A stretch of DNA of 64,000 nt from Candidatus Wildermuthbacteria bacterium (lineage in GTDB: Bacteria; Patescibacteriota; Minisyncoccia; Minisyncoccales; UBA10102), in NCBI GenBank assembly GCA_016186115.1, contig JACPMK010000002.1, positions 274,323 to 338,322 on the forward strand, written 5' to 3'. Numbering within the stretch: position 1 is the stretch's first letter; the number at the start of each line of letters is the position of its first letter. Below the pieces are notes generated by a model. The model searched no databases, was not told the DNA's origin, and saw nothing but the letters and a program-made list of their open reading frames with translations. This document shows, in pieces, positions 58,309 through 64,000 of this stretch. Position numbers and translations under genes: made by a program.

Positions 58309-60030
58309 TCATCTCGTCCAATTCGACAACAAAATACTGAAATCAAAAATTGTGATACTGCTATCGCCGTTGAGATCGTATGACGGAGCTGTCTTCTTCC
58401 AGTTTGAAAGCAAAATGCTTAAGTCAATGATATTTACTTTCCCATCTTTGTTATAATCTCCTTTTAAGAACTTGGGCGAGGAGCCGGGCGAAGATGAAGG
58501 AGAACTGGAAGGGGCAGGGGCAGGCGGATTTTGCGGCGCAGGAGGATTTGGTTGGGGCGTGGGAGCCGGAGCTGCCACTTGAAACGCAATAAGAAAATCT
58601 GAAGCACTGGTATTGCCCAACCCGTCTTGGCATTTCACGTAGTACGAATAGGAACTGCCGTTGGAAAGCCCGGAAATAGGAGTGGAATGCGTCGTTCTCC
58701 CGCCGGTCAAAGCAAATGCAGACATTGCGGCGTAATTCAAGCTTGGAATGGTTGCATATCTACAAGCGGCTAACTCATCACTAGTGAGCGAAAGTGTGAC
58801 TGAAGTTGTTCCCGCAGGAAGAGAGCCGCTTGGCTGACCATTCGCAGGGATAGGAGCAGTGGTATCGGGCGTTGAGATGTTCAGCGTTTTCCTCACTTCA
58901 GCAGTTGGAGCATTCCCTCTTGCTACGATAACCTTTGCGGTATAAGTTCCCGCCGCAGAATAATTGCAGGCATCAATCGCAATTTTCGGATTTTCTGAAC
59001 TATTCAAAAATTGAACTGCCCAATTGGAAGAAATATCTGTTCCCGCATCAGAACGATCGCAATAGAAGGTGTACGAAATGGAGCCGGTGGCAGAACCCCC
59101 CGCGTCAGCAATCAGATCAACGCCATTCAAGGGAGCGTTTCCCGACGCCGGGCTAAGATTCAAAGTAACGATCAGGGTAGAGGATACGCTAAACACAATA
59201 GAAAAATCATCGGGATTGGTATTGGGCGTGGAGGCGGCATCTTGGCATTTTACGTAGTAGGTGTAGGAATTACCGTCGGAAAGATTAGAAACTGAAGATG
59301 AATGACCTGTCCCGCCCGTGGTAGAGAATGCGGTCATGGCGCTATAGCTAGCGCCCGAAGTCGTTGCATATCTGCATGTGGCATTTTCATCAGTGGCAAG
59401 AGAAAGAGTGGTCGAGGTTGTACCCGCAGCCAATGTTCCCGAAGGAACGCCGCTTGATCTCACCGGAGGAGTAACATCAACAGTAGTAGTAAAACTCGCG
59501 CCAGTGGAACGAGCAACATTTAAAATATTGGAATCATCAACTTTCAACGCCAAAGAAGAAGGATCATACGTGATATTGGCTGTTCCCGCAGCAATAGCTT
59601 TGAAACTGATCTTGGCAACAAGTCCGCCGTTGCCGTTAAATCCAGAGGGATCAGAACCTTGGAATTTGACCTGCCCCGGCGCACTTACGTCTGCCTCCCA
59701 AACGCTCGTAAATACGCTCGAGGAATAATCGACGCTCAACGCAGAAAGACGAGTGCTGTCATAATTGAGATATATCTTCGCCGATGTTACTGATGCGGAT
59801 GCGCTGATACGCAATTCTCCATTGAATGTGGAGTTTACGGGAAAGCTGCCGCTTTCGGGAGACAAATATAAAACCGCCTCATTATTGCCGGGGACAACTT
59901 GAGCAAGGGAACCGGAGGGAAGATTAAATTGGAACATAGAAAGGGGGAGATTTTTCATCCCCCAAAATAATACCGCAGCAGTAGTGAGAATAAGTCCGAC
60001 AAGAAATCCCAAAAGAAACGACCGACTCAT
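58309..60030 (-). CDS. secreted protein with N-terminal cohesin-like domain, two Ig/FN3-like repeats, PT linker and C-terminal type I dockerin
   Basis: Cohesin-like N-terminus (AVLYLSPESGSFPVNSTFNGELRISASASVTSAKIYLNYDS...). Two ~100-aa repeats share PxxxxPSGxLxAGTTSxTLSLxTDExAxCRYAT. The dockerin has two Ca-binding repeats (DYNKDGKVNIIDLSILLSNW; DLNGDSSITIFDFSILLSNW). Confidence 0.6.
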   Translation of the reverse strand: MSRSFLLGFLVGLILTTAAVLFWGMKNLPLSMFQFNLPSGSLAQVVPGNNEAVLYLSPESGSFPVNSTFNGELRISASASVTSAKIYLNYDSTRLSALSVDYSSSVFTSVWEADVSAPGQVKFQGSDPSGFNGNGGLVAKISFKAIAAGTANITYDPSSLALKVDDSNILNVARSTGASFTTTVDVTPPVRSSGVPSGTLAAGTTSTTLSLATDENATCRYATTSGASYSAMTAFSTTGGTGHSSSVSNLSDGNSYTYYVKCQDAASTPNTNPDDFSIVFSVSSTLIVTLNLSPASGNAPLNGVDLIADAGGSATGSISYTFYCDRSDAGTDISSNWAVQFLNSSENPKIAIDACNYSAAGTYTAKVIVARGNAPTAEVRKTLNISTPDTTAPIPANGQPSGSLPAGTTSVTLSLTSDELAACRYATIPSLNYAAMSAFALTGGRTTHSTPISGLSNGSSYSYYVKCQDGLGNTSASDFLIAFQVAAPAPTPQPNPPAPQNPPAPAPSSSPSSSPGSSPKFLKGDYNKDGKVNIIDLSILLSNWKKTAPSYDLNGDSSITIFDFSILLSNWTR

Positions 60031-60156
60031 GCAATATAAGCTAGAATTAATGAGTCACGAAACGCCTTCGACGCCGTTTCATGACTAACAAAATAATCTC
60101 TTAATATAGTTTAATGCCTACCGAATCGAAACACAAGAACATTTTCCCCATTTGAT

Positions 60157-60741
60157 TTATGGGGTAAGAACATAACAATATCGGTTCGGATCATTCACGA
60201 TGCCAGCATCATTTCCGGACGTGCAGCATTGGGCTTGATCTGAAACTTCGTAGATGCTTTGAGATTTTTCAAGACCTGCGCAAAGCCAAACCGTTCCTGC
60301 CGGGCAAACAGGACTGCAATCTGGAGCAATATCTCTTTTCGTATACCCGTATGCCCTGCAATTATCATCTGCGCTGCCGAAATTGCGCGTCTCCCGGGGA
60401 ATGGCGTTGAGCAAATTCTCCGTTTGGAGCATAGAAAGAAAGTCCTGATCGGATGTGCTATCAGCATTTTGAGTATTGGTATTCCCCGAATCCCAAGTCC
60501 AAGGCAGCGTACCGCAAGAATCATCTATATCTGCCACATCGGGATAATCGCCGTGTTCTTGATAATAAAGTTCAAGGCCGCTACGGATAGTTGCCAAATC
60601 GCTTATTCTTCTTGCATCGCGCACTTTTGCCCTTTCATCAGAGAGTAACTGATACGCCGTATACAGTGCGAGAAATCCAATAATGACTACAACAATTAAT
60701 AATTCGAAAAGCGTAAACCCATCCTCTTTTCGTGTTTTCAT
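60157..60741 (-). CDS. type IV pilin-like protein (prepilin N-terminal cleavage/methylation motif)
   Basis: MKTRKEDGFTLFELLIVVVIIGFLALYTAY: GFTLFE prepilin peptidase site plus a hydrophobic helix; C-terminal domain with paired Cys. Confidence 0.7.
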   Translation of the reverse strand: MKTRKEDGFTLFELLIVVVIIGFLALYTAYQLLSDERAKVRDARRISDLATIRSGLELYYQEHGDYPDVADIDDSCGTLPWTWDSGNTNTQNADSTSDQDFLSMLQTENLLNAIPRETRNFGSADDNCRAYGYTKRDIAPDCSPVCPAGTVWLCAGLEKSQSIYEVSDQAQCCTSGNDAGIVNDPNRYCYVLTP

Positions 60742-60767
60742 AACTTTATACTTCGCAAGAGCCTACC

Positions 60768-63700
60768 TTAGCGGGACCAGTTCGCCATCATCTTATTGGC
60801 GTCGTAGAGATCAATTTTGTTCAGGGAAACATTGCTGGGACCGGAATTAATATCTGCTTCGGCAAGATCCTGAGCATTAGCACTCCCCCATTTAGAAAGG
60901 AGCCGGGACACATCGTAGATATCTATTTTTCCATCGCGCTTGTACTCGGCAAATTGGGTTTGCCCTGCATTATACCAGATATCTCCTAGTTTTGTTACGA
61001 GAATTTGCTTTGCATACATTACCTTTTCCTGATCAGCGAGTCGTTCCACATCAAGTTCATAGAGGCCGAGAAGCAGTGAAGAAAGATCGCTTGGAGCTAT
61101 AGAGGCCTCAACTCTCGTTGCGCTCACGGGAGTAAGCACGAACGATTTCTTTTCTACGCCTGCCTGAACCAAATGCGCAGCAAAACTGTCATTCGTAGTA
61201 AAATCAGTGCCATCAATACGAATGGTCTCCGATACACCCGCAAAGAGGTAGAGCTTGTTCAGCGAAGCAAGGGTAAATGATCGCGGCAACACCTCGATAC
61301 CATTAACCAACGCATTATTGACCGAAGCCGTAAATCCGATATTGAGCTGGCCATCACCGATCGAAACATTGACGGATTTTGCAATCGCAATATTGCGGCC
61401 GCCCGCTTCCCTAAATATATCAATATTGGTAATTGGCACCCCCTCCACGTTCGCATTGAATACCCGCTGCCCGGCAGCGGTAATACCTGTGTAGGTCTCT
61501 GCAAGATGAAGCCAAACCGTATAATTCCCGTTGGGAACGTTCAATGCATACCCCGTCATGCCATAGCGTTCGGTTTGGAATACTCTATCGTTGACACTAT
61601 TAGCAATGGCAATTGCTCCGCGATCTGCTGTCCATCCGCCGATAAACCCGCTGTCTGCCACCCATTTATTTCCTGACGTATCCACAAAGTCAGCGTTGCC
61701 GCCTGCTTCAATACGAACGACAGATGAAGGAATCGGCGTGGGTGCAGGAGATGTTGACGGCGTAGGCGTAGGCGTGGGAGTTGGTGTCGAGGTTGGTGTT
61801 GGAGTCGGCGTGGGAGTTGGTGTCGGCGTGGGAGTTGGGGTAGGCGTCGGGGTAGGTGTTGGCGTTGGCAAGGGAGCGCCGGTGCTATCAAACACCACTG
61901 CCACTGCCGAATATGCTGGAATTGTATAATTTACAATGGAGTTGTTTCCCGATGGAATAATCGTGCTTACTGGTTTTGCAGGAATGCCTGCCAATATATT
62001 CTTGAACGCAGTAACATTGCTGATTTGCACATCGGGAATGGTCACGCCGTTAATTCGTGTCTGATTTCCGGTGAATGAAGTTGGGTTGGCAAGAGAAGTG
62101 GGGTCTGTGCTAGTCATCTCATAGGCAACTCCGCTCGTTGCCTTAAATCCATTCAGGGTAATCGCGCTTGTTGCGGCTGCGGCTTTCAAATTCACCAGCA
62201 TCAGTTTTAATTTTCCGGGATCTTTGGCATCCGTACTTGCCCAGACCACCACATTCTGTTCAGGATCGCTGGTTGAACTCTGTACCATCATATCGCCAAA
62301 GTATTGAGCGTAGAGATACATGGTGCTGAAAATCGGCCGCACATCAAGGGCGGTGTCTCCGTTCGTTCCCAGCAAACCCCTTGAATTGCCCAGTCCTGTT
62401 CCTCCGTCTTCCAAACTGTAGTACGTGATGATATCAACGCCATTGTAGGCATGGCGGGCAAGCACATCAGCCAGCCAGATTGCAGCGAGATGATTGGAAT
62501 TAATCGGATTTTCATGCTGCACGGCGTGAGGCCCGAACTCGGTAATCGCCATCTCCAAGGTTGGATCTGTCGCACGATAGGGGTTTATTACTACTTGTTT
62601 CATTGATTCTGCAATACTGCGGCGATAACGGGTGCGATCCAGCCGCGCTTTGTTAATGCTGTCTCCCGGACAGCCAAAGCCATCCTGACAAGAGCCGACA
62701 GAGGTATTGTAATTCAACAACGCTTCAACTGAACCTCCCTGATAGGCAAAGGATCCCGTATTGGTGGTCCACTCGGTAAGCTGATACCAGTGCCATACCA
62801 ACACATCCAAGGCATTGCCGACTTTATTGCGCAACGCATCATACCAGCTGGTTTTGTCGGGCATGGTTGGCACCGGCCCCATCACTTTAATGGTGGGGTC
62901 TACTGCTTTCAGGGCGCTTTGGTATGCCGCAAAACGATTGGCATATTCGGTTGCATTTACACAGCCATCAAGATCGAGCTCATTTCCGATTTCCCAATAT
63001 GTAAAGTTGTATCCCTTTTCAACATTGGTGTATTTCAAAAGATCGGCCCACATTTTTGGATTGTTGTCGCATACATTCACCTGCACCATCATTTCAGCGC
63101 CCACTTGTTTTGCAACGTCAGCAGCAGCGTCAACCATTGGGGGCTTATACGCATGCGTATAGCTATAGGCGGCTCCTGTGCTTGGGTCAGTATAAGTCCA
63201 TGCTCCATCATCTGGCGCAGTATTGCTGCGGCTCCAGCCAGTCCGATTTGCCCATAGTCCTCCTGCGAAACGGATAATACCGGGTTTAAGAAGTTTTGTT
63301 ACCTCAACAATAGCGTTATGTTTTCCAACAGGACAACATTGGTATCCGGGACGATCCCATAATGCCTCATACAGCCAGTTCCACGTATTTGTGGCAACGC
63401 CGCGAATCATGCTCTTGAAAGGATACACGCTTGTGGTTGCGTTGACCGTAAGAGAGTAGGAACCAGATGGCAAAGGCGTCGGAGTCGGTGTTGGGGTAGG
63501 CGTCGGTGTTGGAGTGGGCGTCGGGGTTGGGGTTGGGGTTGGCGCTGGCGTGCCTCCTAGCGCAACGGGATTCTTCATCCAATCAAGAAGCTGGGAATGG
63601 GTAGCCAAACGAACATCAGGGAATTGGCCGTTGAGCAGCCAATTAAGAAAATCATTCATTGCCTGTTGTTTTTCCAATATACTTGCCGTGGGCACTCCCC

Positions 63701-64000
63701 CATTTGCCAAAGTATTTACCGGCCCCCATTCTTGTGAATGCGTGCAGATTGAGAATGGCGCGCGGTTGCCATTATACAACGTAAGGAAAGTATTTTTCAG
63801 GTCCTGAATATATTGCGCTCCTGTCTTGCCGGTATCAAACCAGTCCTTGTCGCAGTACGCGCTTTGTCCTGTTGCGTAGATTTGCGGAACTTCCCAGATG
63901 CCGGGAGTAGTGCCAAAATTGCGGGTATCCCATGTTGCCCCTCCCGGCCAGCCATTGTCGAGCGTTCCTGTCCACCATGCCGGAAGATTGGTAGAATGGC
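60768..64000 (-). CDS. large secreted dockerin-bearing glycoside hydrolase (clan GH-A-like catalytic domain, Pro-Thr linkers, malectin-like CBM); 5' end beyond window
   Basis: The track start at 63779 is a TTG inside a frame that stays open to position 64000, so the gene is partial. It carries a YWEIGNELD acid/base-type motif and two PT-repeat linkers. A malectin-like domain ([29 protein letters not shown]...[11 protein letters not shown]) and a C-terminal dockerin ([16 protein letters not shown] ... [14 protein letters not shown]) follow. Confidence 0.75.
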   Translation of the reverse strand, partial: HSTNLPAWWTGTLDNGWPGGATWDTRNFGTTPGIWEVPQIYATGQSAYCDKDWFDTGKTGAQYIQDLKNTFLTLYNGNRAPFSICTHSQEWGPVNTLANGGVPTASILEKQQAMNDFLNWLLNGQFPDVRLATHSQLLDWMKNPVALGGTPAPTPTPTPTPTPTPTPTPTPTPTPLPSGSYSLTVNATTSVYPFKSMIRGVATNTWNWLYEALWDRPGYQCCPVGKHNAIVEVTKLLKPGIIRFAGGLWANRTGWSRSNTAPDDGAWTYTDPSTGAAYSYTHAYKPPMVDAAADVAKQVGAEMMVQVNVCDNNPKMWADLLKYTNVEKGYNFTYWEIGNELDLDGCVNATEYANRFAAYQSALKAVDPTIKVMGPVPTMPDKTSWYDALRNKVGNALDVLVWHWYQLTEWTTNTGSFAYQGGSVEALLNYNTSVGSCQDGFGCPGDSINKARLDRTRYRRSIAESMKQVVINPYRATDPTLEMAITEFGPHAVQHENPINSNHLAAIWLADVLARHAYNGVDIITYYSLEDGGTGLGNSRGLLGTNGDTALDVRPIFSTMYLYAQYFGDMMVQSSTSDPEQNVVVWASTDAKDPGKLKLMLVNLKAAAATSAITLNGFKATSGVAYEMTSTDPTSLANPTSFTGNQTRINGVTIPDVQISNVTAFKNILAGIPAKPVSTIIPSGNNSIVNYTIPAYSAVAVVFDSTGAPLPTPTPTPTPTPTPTPTPTPTPTPTPTSTPTPTPTPTPSTSPAPTPIPSSVVRIEAGGNADFVDTSGNKWVADSGFIGGWTADRGAIAIANSVNDRVFQTERYGMTGYALNVPNGNYTVWLHLAETYTGITAAGQRVFNANVEGVPITNIDIFREAGGRNIAIAKSVNVSIGDGQLNIGFTASVNNALVNGIEVLPRSFTLASLNKLYLFAGVSETIRIDGTDFTTNDSFAAHLVQAGVEKKSFVLTPVSATRVEASIAPSDLSSLLLGLYELDVERLADQEKVMYAKQILVTKLGDIWYNAGQTQFAEYKRDGKIDIYDVSRLLSKWGSANAQDLAEADINSGPSNVSLNKIDLYDANKMMANWSR
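61745..61875 (-). repeat. coding tandem repeat (Pro-Thr linker, PTPTPT...) inside the large GH gene
   Basis: Forward strand shows reiterated ggcgt(a/g)gg(a/t)gt(t/c)gg units encoding (PT)n; a second shorter PT run lies at about 63473-63548. Confidence 0.5.

Noticed and set aside
61745-63548. CRISPR-like periodic repeats (ggcgtnggngtngg units)
   Set aside because: The repeats are in-frame Pro-Thr linker codons inside a large ORF, with no spacers and no cas genes; not a CRISPR array.

Overview
Window overview: 64 kb of a compact, gene-dense bacterial chromosome, coding mostly on the minus strand. The gene content and style suggest a small-genome lineage, possibly Candidate Phyla Radiation/Patescibacteria (inference only; no search was possible). 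The supporting observations are a shortened UvrC, orphan membrane-anchored solute-binding proteins, dockerin/cohesin proteins, a type IV pilin, GH57 plus two glycogen-synthase-like genes, and mixed use of Shine-Dalgarno and leaderless starts.

Recognisable housekeeping genes are rpoB and rpoC, ftsK, recA, rpsF-ssb-rpsR, a phosphohexomutase, trpS, RNase J, secG, uvrC and uvrA (divergent), groES-groEL, lemA, htpX, dnaG-rpoD followed by tRNA-Asn, a DEAD-box helicase, TspO and a D-Ala-D-Ala carboxypeptidase. There are three tRNAs: Asn-GTT, Ser-GGA and Leu-CAG.

Accessory content:
(1) A complete type I R-M operon (hsdR-hsdM ... hsdS) has four tightly packed genes of unknown function inserted between hsdM and hsdS. 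This cassette includes a tandem paralog pair, has its own near-consensus sigma70 promoter, and carries a 24-nt perfect direct repeat that copies the hsdS 5' end in front of the last cassette gene. It is the best candidate for a previously undescribed defence-associated module.
(2) A decayed AbiE-like module (truncated AbiEii-type nucleotidyltransferase) sits next to a short beta-carbonic-anhydrase-like gene.
(3) An alpha-glucan cluster holds a GH57 protein with a C-terminal UVR motif and two GT5 glycogen-synthase-like genes, with a compound palindromic structured element in the intergenic gap.
(4) A cohesin/dockerin (cellulosome-like) module lies at the 3' end: an anchoring cohesin-FN3-TM protein, a cohesin+dockerin scaffoldin-like protein, a type IV pilin, and a large dockerin-bearing glycoside hydrolase that runs off the window.

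Several rho-independent terminators and sigma70-like promoters are listed. Most overlapping antisense ORFs in the supplied track are treated as shadow ORFs.
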